Source: a virus. From it: a stretch of DNA of 64,000 nt. The stretch is taken from IMG/VR virus record IMGVR_UViG_3300048837_000398, positions 39,012 to 103,011 of that record. One strand, given 5' to 3'. A model generated the notes under the pieces. The model made no database searches, was not told where the DNA came from, and saw only the letters and a program-made list of their open reading frames with translations. Both the position numbers and the translations under genes were made by a program. Each line of letters begins with the position of its first letter. The stretch's first letter is position 1. Below are positions 40,516 through 51,758 of the stretch, one piece after another.

Positions 40516-41718
40516 ATGATTATACTAGATTCAACAACTAAAAAATTACAGGCTTACACATCAGCTACGCCCACTACAGACCTTACTTACTACGTGTCTT
40601 ACATAGACATGTCTTCCTTAGCCGTATCTAACATAGCTTCTGCTAATGGGACTTTTGATGAAACTGCTGATGATATAGTACCAGCCCCTGGAGCCTCTAC
40701 TCAAAGGCAAATTAAATATATGTCTTTACATAATGCAGATAGTCAGCCACACACTGTTACTGTAGTATTAGATGTATCTGGTACAGATACTGTACTTATT
40801 CAAACTGTACTTCAGCCTTCGTACACACTCATCTATAATAATGATGGTAAGTGGGAAGTAGCAACAGGCCCTACCGTATTTGATGAAGCACTCCTCTTAC
40901 CTGGTGTTTTATCAGAACCTGCTAATCCTGCATCAGATACGCTATGGCTTTATTCTAAAAATATATCAGGTAGAATGATGCCTAAGTGGAAAGGTCCATC
41001 TGGATTAGATACTTCTGTTCAACCTTTCTTAGGGCAGAATACAGTTATGATGATGCTACCTCAAGTAACCACTACGATCACTCTATGGGGAATGACTAAT
41101 ACTTCTGTTGGAACTGTTGCTACCCCAACATTAACAGCAGGTAGTCTTTCTACTTCTATGAGAAGGTGGAGATGGACTTCTGCTGCTACAGCAAACGCTG
41201 CTTCAGAAGGTAGAACAGCAGCAGGTTTAGTTTGGAGAGGAGATGCTGCTGGATTGGGAGGATGGTTTTACTCTTGCAGATGGGGCATTGCTTCTACTAC
41301 TGCTAACCAACAAGCAGCAGTTGGTTTATGGGCTGCTACAGGTGCTACTGCTACTACAACAGTTCCTTCTAACTTAGTAAATTGCATTTTTGCAGGTTGG
41401 GATTCAGCAGATACTAATTTGCAGATAATGCACAACGATGCTACTGGAACATGTACTAAGATTGATTTAGGTGTAAATTTTCCAGCCAACGAAACTTTAG
41501 CAGTCTACGAGTTTATGATGTTTGCACCTCCTAATGGATCTTCTGTATTTTATCGTGTAATAAGACTGGATACTGGAGACGTGGCTGAAGGAGAGATTAC
41601 TACTAACTTACCAACTTCTACTACGTTTTTAACAAGACACGAATATATGAATAACGGTGGTACTGCGGCTGCTGTAATTCTTGAAGTATGCCGTATTTAC
41701 ATTGAAACTGACTACTAA
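40516..41718 (+). CDS. tail fibre/receptor-binding protein
   Basis: 400 aa, beta-rich C-terminal domain ending IYIETDY. Confidence 0.65.
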   Translation: MIILDSTTKKLQAYTSATPTTDLTYYVSYIDMSSLAVSNIASANGTFDETADDIVPAPGASTQRQIKYMSLHNADSQPHTVTVVLDVSGTDTVLIQTVLQPSYTLIYNNDGKWEVATGPTVFDEALLLPGVLSEPANPASDTLWLYSKNISGRMMPKWKGPSGLDTSVQPFLGQNTVMMMLPQVTTTITLWGMTNTSVGTVATPTLTAGSLSTSMRRWRWTSAATANAASEGRTAAGLVWRGDAAGLGGWFYSCRWGIASTTANQQAAVGLWAATGATATTTVPSNLVNCIFAGWDSADTNLQIMHNDATGTCTKIDLGVNFPANETLAVYEFMMFAPPNGSSVFYRVIRLDTGDVAEGEITTNLPTSTTFLTRHEYMNNGGTAAAVILEVCRIYIETDY

Positions 41719-41728
41719 ACTCTTTTAA

Positions 41729-42181
41729 ATGACAGCCATAATCTCTGATGATTGCACGACAATCACAATAAACTCTAACCTTTTTGCCGCAGATAATGTC
41801 TCTAACGTTCTCACTCTAAAGCATGCTGGTACTACGTACACTATTCCAGTAGACGCAGACAACATGGCCGAAGTAGTAGTAAACGCAGAAAGCCTTGCTC
41901 TCGACGAACTGCCTGAAGGTCCATACTTAATTACACTTACCACTACGAACGACGTTTCTACAGTCACAACTGAGCAACTCTGTGTGACGCCAATCTGCTC
42001 GCTAAACTGTGACATGTACACACTCTACACTTCCACTGATAACTTAGAGCAGATCTTAGCTTACGAAGCACTCAAGCTTTCATCTGATTGCGTAACATGC
42101 TCATGCACAGTAATGCAAAAGCTCTACGACAAAGCAACTGCTACTACCGATGCTCCTAACTGCAACTGTCAATCAGCTTAA
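41729..42181 (+). CDS. Cys-rich tail hub-like protein
   Basis: Ig-like N-terminus and clustered Cys (CVTPICSLNC, CVTCSC, CNC). Confidence 0.55.
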   Translation: MTAIISDDCTTITINSNLFAADNVSNVLTLKHAGTTYTIPVDADNMAEVVVNAESLALDELPEGPYLITLTTTNDVSTVTTEQLCVTPICSLNCDMYTLYTSTDNLEQILAYEALKLSSDCVTCSCTVMQKLYDKATATTDAPNCNCQSA

Positions 42182-43520
42182 ATGCGCTTTCGTCAAGTCA
42201 GTTTACGACTACTTCTATTGTCAGACGTACTCACTAGACTGCTGCTTAGACGAAGCTAAAGATCTTTTCTTGAAAGCGAAGCTAGCTACTCAAGAAGAAT
42301 GCCCCCTTTCTCCAGAGGTCGAGTGTGTACTCGCTGAAACTAAGGTCGAAGACTATACACTCGATTGTTCTTCGTTCGATCCTCCCGCCCCCTGCGAAGA
42401 ACAGCTACCGTATTCTATAACAGTCAGCGAGACTTCTAATCAGTTGTATGTTCACACACTCAACAATTATAGTGGCACGGCTAAAGTGTATTATCCAATC
42501 ATGCCTGATACTGGAGGTCAAATAGGCTCTATCACAAGTATTTTAACTAACTCACCTACAGCTACGGCTAGTATGGGAGCGTACGTTTTACAACCAGGAG
42601 CGGTGCTTTACGATTTTGAAATAACAAACACTACCCCAGTCAAAACAGCTACTGGTGTAACTTTACCTATAAACTGGTTTACTCAAGGAGATTCGTACTT
42701 AACAGTAATGAAGTTCGCCAAAACCCAGTTAGACGGAACTGTCAATCCTATAGATCAATTCCTCCAGATTAATGTTAGCCCAATTAATTCACCTTACCTA
42801 AGCTGCAGTGGTTGCACTACTGTTGACCCGTTACACTTGCGGTTTGGTAATGTCAATTGGGCAACAGCCATAAAGAATGTTGTTGAAAATGCAATCTTAA
42901 CTTTGACAGGTTCTGCAAGCAACATAGACTTCGTAGGGTTTAAAGCCGGAAACACCACAGCTACTTCCGCATCTTCAGCAGGACAAGTTTATTTGGCAAC
43001 GTATGTTAAACATCAACCAGCTTCCACATGAATAGGGTTTAGCATAAACCCCACTGTCTCAAACGCCATTTGGTATAATCATATTACTGGGACTCTTAAC
43101 ATTGTTCAACCAAGCCCAACAGGCAACAACCTTCTTACAGGAGGCTTTCTAGAAGATTATTCCATCACTCTAAACGGTCCAACTGGAACAATAGATGTTA
43201 ACTACGATTACAAGCAATTTGGTCCAGTACCTACGGCGTTAGCAAACTTTAACACTTGTGCATTTTTACCGCCAGCATATTCTTCCAACTCGGTGAGCTT
43301 CACAACATCTGGCGATTTGGGCGGTGCTAAAACTTGGACAATCAACATAGTAGTAAACGCAACGAATTACAGTATTGTGCTCACTAACTCGAGCGATGTA
43401 GAAGTTTCTCAGACAACCAATAACTCGCTCGTTTACCAGACCTCTACCTCAGGCACATATACAGCAACTATTACGAGCCCTAATGGCTGCACTTTTACTG
43501 AAGAAATCATACTCGACTAA
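42150..43520 (+). CDS. Cys-rich virion protein (456 aa; TGA 43029 = Trp)
   Basis: Track ORFs 42150-43031 and 43293-43520 are in frame; C-terminal GTYTATIT..NGC Ig-like motif. Confidence 0.7.
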
Positions 43521-43948
43521 TGGAACTAAAACTTAAACGCTACATACTGACTGACAAGTCCACTATCTCAGACCTCTTTATCGACGGGCACTACTTCTGT
43601 AAAACTCTCGAAGACACTGACCGTGGGCTGACGTCTACCATGTCACTAGACGAAATCAAGAAGATCAAAGTGTGGGGGCAGACTGCTATTCCTAAAGGAC
43701 GCTACGAAGTAGTGATCTCCTACTCAAACAAGTTTAAGCGGCTTCTTCCCGAACTTCTTAATGTCCCTGGATATGGGGGCATACGTATTCACGTAGGCAA
43801 TAGGCCGCAAGACACTGAAGGCTGCATACTTCCTGGCAACTGGTTCTACGAAGACCAAGTAATCAACTCTAAAGCAACCTTCACTACACTATTTCAGATG
43901 ATGCAGTCTAGAGCTAAGAAGGAAAAAATATTTATTACTGTTGAATAA
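43520..43948 (+). CDS. DUF5675-like protein (putative cell-wall peptidase)
   Basis: TLED, TAIPKGRY, VPGYGGIRIHVGN...DTEGCILPG motifs. Confidence 0.8.
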   Translation: MELKLKRYILTDKSTISDLFIDGHYFCKTLEDTDRGLTSTMSLDEIKKIKVWGQTAIPKGRYEVVISYSNKFKRLLPELLNVPGYGGIRIHVGNRPQDTEGCILPGNWFYEDQVINSKATFTTLFQMMQSRAKKEKIFITVE

Positions 43949-43995
43949 TTTAACTATGCGCTACGCATAAAAACGTGAAAACATACAACTACAGC

Positions 43996-44003
43996 TAACT
44001 TTG
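43996..44003 (+). promoter_or_regulatory. Bacteroidota -7 promoter element, probably giving a leaderless mRNA
   Basis: TAACTTTG ending 4 nt before the ATG at 44008. Confidence 0.5.
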
Positions 44004-44007
44004 TGCT

Positions 44008-44682
44008 ATGAACTTAATCACGCACGCTTACGCTGTTAGAAATCTACTGTCTAAGGGGGCGTCAAGTGATGACGCCTCTTTTTCGTTACGCCTGATCGCA
44101 CATTTCTTGCGAGTGGCTCGTGGACTTCTAATAGAGCAAAAAGCCAACAAATACAACACGATATCAGAGCAGTCGTTTCAATCGCTCTGCTTAGATTTAG
44201 TTAAAGGGCAGTTCCACAATTGCTGTGATGCACCAACTTCTAAGTGCCTACTTCTCAAATCAACTACGAAGATCCCTAAAGTTCTAGTTACTCGCTGAGG
44301 AGATCTGTCTAAAGTGATGACACTCGACGGTAAGGTAATCGCTAAGAGCTCGCTTACGTACTCTAGACTATCTAAATATTCGATAACGAACAGAGATCCT
44401 AAGCCAGGTTGGTTTATACACGACGGTTATCTCTACGTTATCAACAATTCTAACTTAGAGAAGATCCTGCTAAACTCTCTTTTCGAAGATCCTACAGAAG
44501 TAACACAAGCTAATTGCAGTGCTTCACAAGAGAACTGCCCAGGGTTCCTCGAATCAGAGTTCCCAATCGACCCAGACTTGATTCCAGCTATGTACGATCT
44601 GACCCTTAAGTATCTGACAACTTCTTTGAATATGCCGCCAAAGGATAATCTTAATAATGCCCAAGACGACCAAACAAATTAA
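44008..44682 (+). CDS. tail ring protein (224 aa; TGA 44296 = Trp)
   Basis: In-frame join of track ORFs; SDD...R..LI.Q...Q.LC..L...GYLYV...LFEDP...FPID...D pattern. Confidence 0.75.
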
Positions 44683-45097
44683 GAGTTGAACCGACATGTT
44701 CGCGGAATATGAAAATCCTCACAACATAACGCGCACTGAATACCGCAAGATACTTTACGCCTTCAACAGCCTACTTGCTAACGCGATTATCTACGAAGGT
44801 GTGACATTTGTCTTACCTAAAGGAGTCGGAACTCTCGGAGTCTACAAGAAGCCAACAACCAAGCGCGGTTACTTTGACTACGCAACGTTCAACAAGACAG
44901 GAATAAAGCGTTGGATTCAGAATCACCATTCAGGTAATTTCAGAGCTAAAGTCATTTGGAACTTATCAGTACCATGGTGCCAATTGCCGGTCATAGTTCA
45001 CAACATGTTTCGGTTTAAACCTGCACGCTTGGTAAACAGAACGCTGGCAAAAGCAATCAAAGAACAAAACACCATAAACCTATACTATGACTACTAA
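44657..45097 (+). CDS. IHF-like protein of the tail module (TGA 44687 = Trp)
   Basis: YRKIL..FN...I...G..F.LP...G.L pattern; upstream ATG 44657 is in frame. Confidence 0.65.
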
Positions 45098-45887
45098 CTA
45101 CGTTTCAATTAAGTCTGTGCTGCACGATCTTTCGTCGATGATAGATGAGCGTTATTGGAACGAATCTGCGATGGAAGAATGGATTACTAAAGCTCTTCGG
45201 CAACTCAACATCGAACCTGCTCTAGAGCAAGCTGTAGCACTGCTCGAAATATGCGAGCACAAAGCGCAACTCCCTTCTGATCTTAAGTATCTTACTCAGA
45301 TAACGTATAAGGCTACACCAATGCCTGAAGACGAACTCGCTGCGATTATCGCTGACTTAGATCTTCCTTCGAACTCTAACCTCTTTCTCTACCACTCTGC
45401 CCTAAAGAATCTGAAGTGGCTGCCACTACGGCTAGCTACGAATCCGTTTCACAACTCGATCTGCTTAGACGAAACTCTTACGAAATGCCTTAACTGCCAA
45501 TACGAGTTTACTGTTTCACCTTCGATGGTGCTGACTACTAACTTACGCTCAGGGCTCATACTTGTTTCGTACTTACGTTTCCCCGTAGATGAAGATGGCT
45601 CAGCCCTTATTCCAGACAACGAAACTCTGAAAGAAGCGATCCTTCATTATGCCCTCTACCGCTACTGGATGACACGCTACATAATGAAAGAAGACGGTGC
45701 AGACTCTCGCGTTAAGTTCCACTCGACTATGTGGGACACGCTTTCTAAGAAAGCGCTAAACCTGAACCTACCTGATCTCTCTATGCTCGAGAACATAAAG
45801 AACCAACGTAATAGACTTGTTCCGCGTTCACGTATGTTCCAAAATAATTTTATGAACTTAAATAGCGAAGAAAATGTTGACTTCTAA
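45087..45887 (+). CDS. tail tubular/ring protein (P22 gp4-like position)
   Basis: YVSIKSV...WI..AL...HKAQLP.D...G.I.VSY...PVDEDG..LIPD pattern. Confidence 0.75.
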   Translation: MTTNYVSIKSVLHDLSSMIDERYWNESAMEEWITKALRQLNIEPALEQAVALLEICEHKAQLPSDLKYLTQITYKATPMPEDELAAIIADLDLPSNSNLFLYHSALKNLKWLPLRLATNPFHNSICLDETLTKCLNCQYEFTVSPSMVLTTNLRSGLILVSYLRFPVDEDGSALIPDNETLKEAILHYALYRYWMTRYIMKEDGADSRVKFHSTMWDTLSKKALNLNLPDLSMLENIKNQRNRLVPRSRMFQNNFMNLNSEENVDF

Positions 45888-48800
45888 AGGCATCGTAAAA
45901 GGGATGTCTCAAGACGTGCATCCCCGCTACCAACCACCCAACACATATTATTCTGCTCTTAACGCTGTGCTCGAGTCTAACGATGGTGACATACTTACGC
46001 TTTCTAACGAGCTAGGCAATCTTCAAGAACTCTCTACTTACCCGATCAACGAAGACGGTATCCCTAAGAAAGTGATCGGTAATCGGCTCTTAGATGACGG
46101 TACAACAGTGCTCTTTATTTTTGATCCAGCTGAAACACGTCCTGTTCACGAAATAGGAATATGGGACCCATTCAAAAATACGTACACAACTTACGTTAAG
46201 GGCGAACCTCTTTACTTTTCTGACAAGCACTACGTCAACGCTATCTACCGCATAAAGAATGGCTGTGAGCGCGTAGTCTACTTTACGGATAATCTTAATC
46301 CGTATCGCGTAATTAACTTAGACCGGCCAGAGTACTATACTCAACCACCTAATCCGCAGCTACTGTCTGTAGACAAGCTTAAGTACTCTCCAGACACGCG
46401 GCCAATATCTCTCGATCTTTCGACGCAGACTTTTGGCGGATCGCTAAACGTAGGCACATATGCTTTTGCAGTGCGCTTGCTAGACCAAGACTACAATCCT
46501 ACTAAGTGGCTGATAGTTTCTTCGTCCATTCCAATTACAGATGACGATCTAAAGATGCTCGAGCCTCTTCAGATAGATGGTGCAGCATCGAACATAGACG
46601 ACGTTGGTTACGTGCCCAAGACTACTAAGTCCATTAAGGTGGATCTCGAAAAGGTAGACACTCGCTTTACGTACGTACAACTTGCTGTCATAAAGTGGGA
46701 AGATGTTTCAGGAGCAGTTACGGGCGTAGAGATCCTCACGCCTACTAACATACCGTTCTCGTCGCTCCCCATTACAGATATGTCGATAGTCTATACAGGA
46801 CTCACTTCGCAGATCGAAAGCTTTTCCTCACTCGAAGACATCCTTACAGAGAAGGTACAGCTGGAGCAAGTTGTGACGCACGCGCAAAAGGATAATCGTC
46901 TGATGGTGGCTGGTCTCACATATACACCTAAAGACTACACAGGCTTCCAACGGCACGCATCTAAGATCTGGACGGAGTACGACATCTCTGATGGAGATCT
47001 AATTCACGAAACTATCAACGCGAAAGCTAAGCTCTCTAAGACAGATCTCTATTACTTCGAGCGTGGTTCGTTTACTTTCGACGAAGTCTACGCACTAGGC
47101 ATTGTCTATATTTGGGATGATGGCACAGAGTCTCCTGTGTTCCATATACCAGGACGCCCAATGTTTGATAATACTCTCGAAGTCTTTGGCACGAACCCAT
47201 ACATAACTACTAACTTAGACGAGTGGGATTCTTACGACGTAACAGGAGACATCAACATCTTTAACGATCTCAAGACCTCACGCTGGCAAGTGTACAATAC
47301 GCACATTCGCTCGTCCAACAACGCTGGCTACATGGGCTACTACGAGACTTCTACTCAGTATCCTCTTATCGATACGTGCAATGACGATCCGCTTACTTAC
47401 TGGGGCGAAGATTATTGGGGTAACGAAATAGAACCGCTAGTAACTAACATTCGTCACCACAGAATGCCTTCGTACCTAAAACCTTCAGGAGCTGACTTCT
47501 CTGCACTACGCTTAGGCATCAAGTTCCACATGTCTGAAGACTATCCACACGAACGTATTGTCGGACACTACTACGTATTTGGTGATCGTACTGAAGAGCG
47601 CACTATCGTCGACAAAGGATTCATCACTACACTAGGTGACGCTGGTAACGACAACTACCTTTTTAAATACAACATCTATCCGGGTGGAGCAAACGCAGTT
47701 CCTTCTAAAGAACTCTACGCCTATATTTCTCCAGAGGTTACATTCGAAGGTCGCACTGTTTCTGGTGACTACCTTACGGTAGAAAAAGCATACGATGGTG
47801 GTGATAACATGATTGCTACTAGCAACGCTCTAGTTGTTGCTAACGATATTTATGAGCAACCCATAAACGTGTGGGCAGTTCAACAAGTCTTCAGGAACTT
47901 TAATGAGCCAGTAGAGCTTAACTACAAACTTAAAGAGGCTGTCTACTTAGCTAAGTCACCTACAGAAAAGCTTCCTAATTATGTGTATGCTCATAACGAA
48001 GTCGCCACAGTTGAAAATCGTTCGATCCATACTAACGTGATGCTCTATCAAATTGAGCGTCCGTTTAAAGAAGTTGACGATTGGGCAGATGATTTCTACT
48101 CTTATGGTGGTAGTGGTGGCACTCCTTCTAATGGAGCTCGTACTCTCCACGTATCTGTTAAGAGAGATATCGACGTATTCGCTAATCTATTCGTAGTGCA
48201 ATATAAACGCATCGGCTCTTCGTTCTTAAATCGTTCAGGACTCTCAGGAGACTACGAGCAGCTTCACTATGAAGGAGATTCTTTCGTTACCTACTTCTCT
48301 GTGTTCGATTCTACGTGAACAGTTACACAAGGCCCTACTGAAGTAGATGCTACCGCATACGTAGGTATTCACGTAATAGACTGCGCAACTAATCCTGGTT
48401 TACGTTATGGCTCGCCGTCTAATCCACAGTTTACGTATCTCAAGCCACTGCTCAACACGACTAATGCTGACAATATAGGTCAGTACGTCGCATCAAAGTA
48501 CTACGAGACCATCCAAGGCCAAGGAGCTTTTTATCCAGAGTACTACGCTTCGAACAAAGCGTTCGACAACATCGGCTCGATAAAGCGCTATTATCCTATT
48601 TCTTTCGACTACGACTTTTGCTCGGAGTGCATCGAAGAGTTTCCTTATCGGATCTACTATTCGCAACTAGATGATATCGAACGGAGAAAGGATGCGTACA
48701 GAGAAATACTGCCTAACAACTATATAGATCTTGACGGCTCTAATGGAGCAATAACAGACCTGTTCGTAAACTTCAACGAGTTCTACGCAGCTACTCCACA

Positions 48801-50043
48801 CGCGCTCTACCTTATTCCTACTAACCAGCAAGTCCTTACGACAGAAGATGCTGAGTCAGTCTACATAGGATCTGGTAAAGTGTTTCAGCTACCACCCCGC
48901 CCACTTAAAAGCGCCGACAATGCGTTCGGTGGATTAGAGCTCTGGAAGTCGCGAGTGCTTACTGAGTACGGAGCATTCTACATGGACACTGCTTCAGCTA
49001 GACCGATCCTCCTTACTTCTAATCTCAAAGACCTTTCGCTAGAAGGCATGCGCACGTTCTTCCAAAAGAATGCTAAAGTTAAATTCTTAGGACAGTTCAA
49101 AGAACTCACAGGACAGACATACACTAACACTTCTACAGCTTCTGACGAAGGAGTAGGCTACATGTCGACGTATGATCCACGGTTCAAGCGCCTTATTATC
49201 CACAAGAAAGATTATACGTTCACACCTTCTGCTGCAGCACAACTTAAGTACTACTCGCCAGAGGTAGTTGCTACCGAAGAGTTCGTCCCTCCTCCCACAC
49301 TCTGGACAGACGGCTCTAAGTTCTACATCGATACTACTAAGGTAAGCTTAGATACTCCCGACTATTTTCAAAACAGAAGCTACACGATCTCGTATTCGTT
49401 TCTCAATCAGGCGTGGGTGTCCTATCACTCGTACTTCCCGTACTACATGTTCTTCGACAACAACTCTTTTTACTCGGACAACATCTTTACGCACGGTACC
49501 TCTAACTACCAGACTTTCTACGGAACTAAGTACGATCACTTCTTAGACATTATCGTGCCGATAGATCCTAACGAGCAGAAGACTCTTTCCTCCTTATCCT
49601 ATGTTTCTGACACGTGGCTGTACGACACTACTCTCGAAGCTTACGCTAAAACTGACGACACGTTCGATAGAGCAGTCTTCTACAACTCTACGCAGTCTTC
49701 AGGTAATAACTTCATAATCTCTAATCCTTCACCATTCGCAACAGTAGTCCCGCCTTCTTTAAAAGCTGTGCGTACTGACTCTAAGTGGCACATCAACGAC
49801 TTCAGAGATTACACTCTCAACGCGAACACACCTGTTTGGGATAACGCTCCATTCATACCTAACCCCACACTCTGGATAGACAGGAGCCCTAATCAAGCGA
49901 ACATCGATTCCAACAAATCTTTGTTCACGCTTCCACGTTTCAAAGACTTCTATCAGGGCGTGCGACTCTTCTTTAAACCAGACACTAACTTGAAAATTAC
50001 GACAGATCTAATTCAGACTCTGCATACCAATAAAAACCGATAA
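45874..50043 (+). CDS. tail stabilization/muzzle protein (1389 aa; TGA 48316 = Trp)
   Basis: KGMSQD...Y..ALN...NE.GN, YFTDNLNP.R.IN, DEVYALGIVY...DG.ESPVFHIPGR and W.SYHSY.P motifs; frame checked across 48319-48880. Confidence 0.85.
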
Positions 50044-51758
50044 TGAAAAAGACAAAAAAACGTGCTACTGGTGGAGACATAGGTAATGTTGTTTCGAGTG
50101 TCGCACCACTGCTCTCACTTATTCCTGGAGCACAGCCTTTCGCTATGGGAGCTGCTGCTCTTTCCCCGCTACTTTCGATGATGGACACGCTAACAGAACG
50201 TAAGAAGCCAACAGGCGGTTCACCAGGAGCTTACAATACTGGCGGCGATATTTCTCTGAACTCGCAGTCGACACAGATAAAAGGTAATCCTAATGTCTAC
50301 GACTCTGAGACGTACGATACACCTAACGGCAAAATAAAGCTCGATCACAACGAAGTTATCAAAGGAACATTCGCTTATTCTAATCGTCTACGCAATCCTA
50401 AGACTGGAAACACGTTCGCTGAAGACATCGCTCCTATCGAAAAGTCTTCGGGCAGAGCTGCTAAGAGAGGACGCATTAACGATCCTATATCTAACAACAC
50501 GATCTCTGTTAACGAACAACGTGCTCAGCTTATTGCGCGCACTCAAGAGATTCTAGCTACTAAGTTAGGGCACCGTACTCCACAAGGTATGGACCCACAA
50601 AATGCTGCTGCAGCTGGCTATCAAACTGGTGGGCCAATAACACCTTCAGCCGAACGACCTTACATGTCTGTTGGTGGAGACTATTTCTACGACCCTTACG
50701 ACTCACACTTCCTTCGGCGCAATCCCCTCACTGGCTCCTACACTCAAGAAGACAATCCTGGATTCGGTAGTGGAAAAGGCTTCAGGCCTTACCAAGAAGC
50801 CTCCCCAACTGATTGGGAAATGGCACAGTTTGGCCAAGAAGGTGTAACTCCTGGTGGAACTCTTCCAGAAGTAACGATCAGCGGTAAGCGTAATGTTCCT
50901 GCTCCACGAGGTACGAGGCGAGCCCCCTCACCAGTAGCTGCCTTAGATTCTCTTACACGTGCAGAAGAGTTCACTGCAAATCCTGCACTCGTAAACAGAG
51001 TTGGACGTTGGAGAACTGATGATCCTGCGCCAGAACTAGGCGCTCCTCAAGGGCTGCAGCTCCCATACTCTGCGCTACAGTACAGCCAAACTGCTCAACA
51101 AGAAATGGATCAACGTGCTCAACAAGTAGCCGCCGCTCAAACACTTCCAGCTGGAGTAACTCCTCCATCAGCAGTAGATTCGAGAACATATGGCTCTGCT
51201 CCCACTGCTCCTACAAACAAGTATGGTACTACTGTTGGGGATGTGTTTCAAGCCATCGAAGTCGGCTCTAAGTTTGGCCAGTTGGTTGGCGGTCCCGAAA
51301 AGGAAACTCCTCACCTCGATAGAAGCCAGATCTCTAAGCAAGCGTACGATCCGCGTCCAGTTCTTCAGCGTAATCAAGCTAACTTCCAAGCACAGTCTAA
51401 CGCTCTTCAGACTTCTTCTCCTAACCTTCGGCGAGCACTCCAGAATTCTCTTTACGCTAAGAAACTAGAAGCTGATTCAGGAGTTCTTTCGAAGTACCAA
51501 GAAATGAACAACCAAGCTACGACTCAATACGAAGATCGTATCTCTAATAGAGCTCGCTACAACAATCAAGTGATGACTCTTACGGACGACATGAATGCAC
51601 GTAACCGTGGTCAGTTCATGAACGCCTCTCAAAACGCAATGACTTCACTAGGTAACTTTGGCGAAGCTCTAAATCGTAAGAAGCAAAACTACGATGCTCT
51701 GAACATCTTACGTACTATTTATCCAGATGTGTACGGACGCATAGGCTCAATAATCTAA
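50043..51758 (+). CDS. virion cargo/ejection protein
   Basis: 571 aa, Gln/Asn-rich C-terminus, repeated xTGG motifs; follows the muzzle gene. Confidence 0.65.
   Translation: MKKTKKRATGGDIGNVVSSVAPLLSLIPGAQPFAMGAAALSPLLSMMDTLTERKKPTGGSPGAYNTGGDISLNSQSTQIKGNPNVYDSETYDTPNGKIKLDHNEVIKGTFAYSNRLRNPKTGNTFAEDIAPIEKSSGRAAKRGRINDPISNNTISVNEQRAQLIARTQEILATKLGHRTPQGMDPQNAAAAGYQTGGPITPSAERPYMSVGGDYFYDPYDSHFLRRNPLTGSYTQEDNPGFGSGKGFRPYQEASPTDWEMAQFGQEGVTPGGTLPEVTISGKRNVPAPRGTRRAPSPVAALDSLTRAEEFTANPALVNRVGRWRTDDPAPELGAPQGLQLPYSALQYSQTAQQEMDQRAQQVAAAQTLPAGVTPPSAVDSRTYGSAPTAPTNKYGTTVGDVFQAIEVGSKFGQLVGGPEKETPHLDRSQISKQAYDPRPVLQRNQANFQAQSNALQTSSPNLRRALQNSLYAKKLEADSGVLSKYQEMNNQATTQYEDRISNRARYNNQVMTLTDDMNARNRGQFMNASQNAMTSLGNFGEALNRKKQNYDALNILRTIYPDVYGRIGSII

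Noticed and set aside
30135-41718. Diversity-generating retroelement or invertible fibre cassette
   Set aside because: No reverse transcriptase or recombinase, no adenine-specific repeat pair noticed, and all fibre genes are co-oriented.
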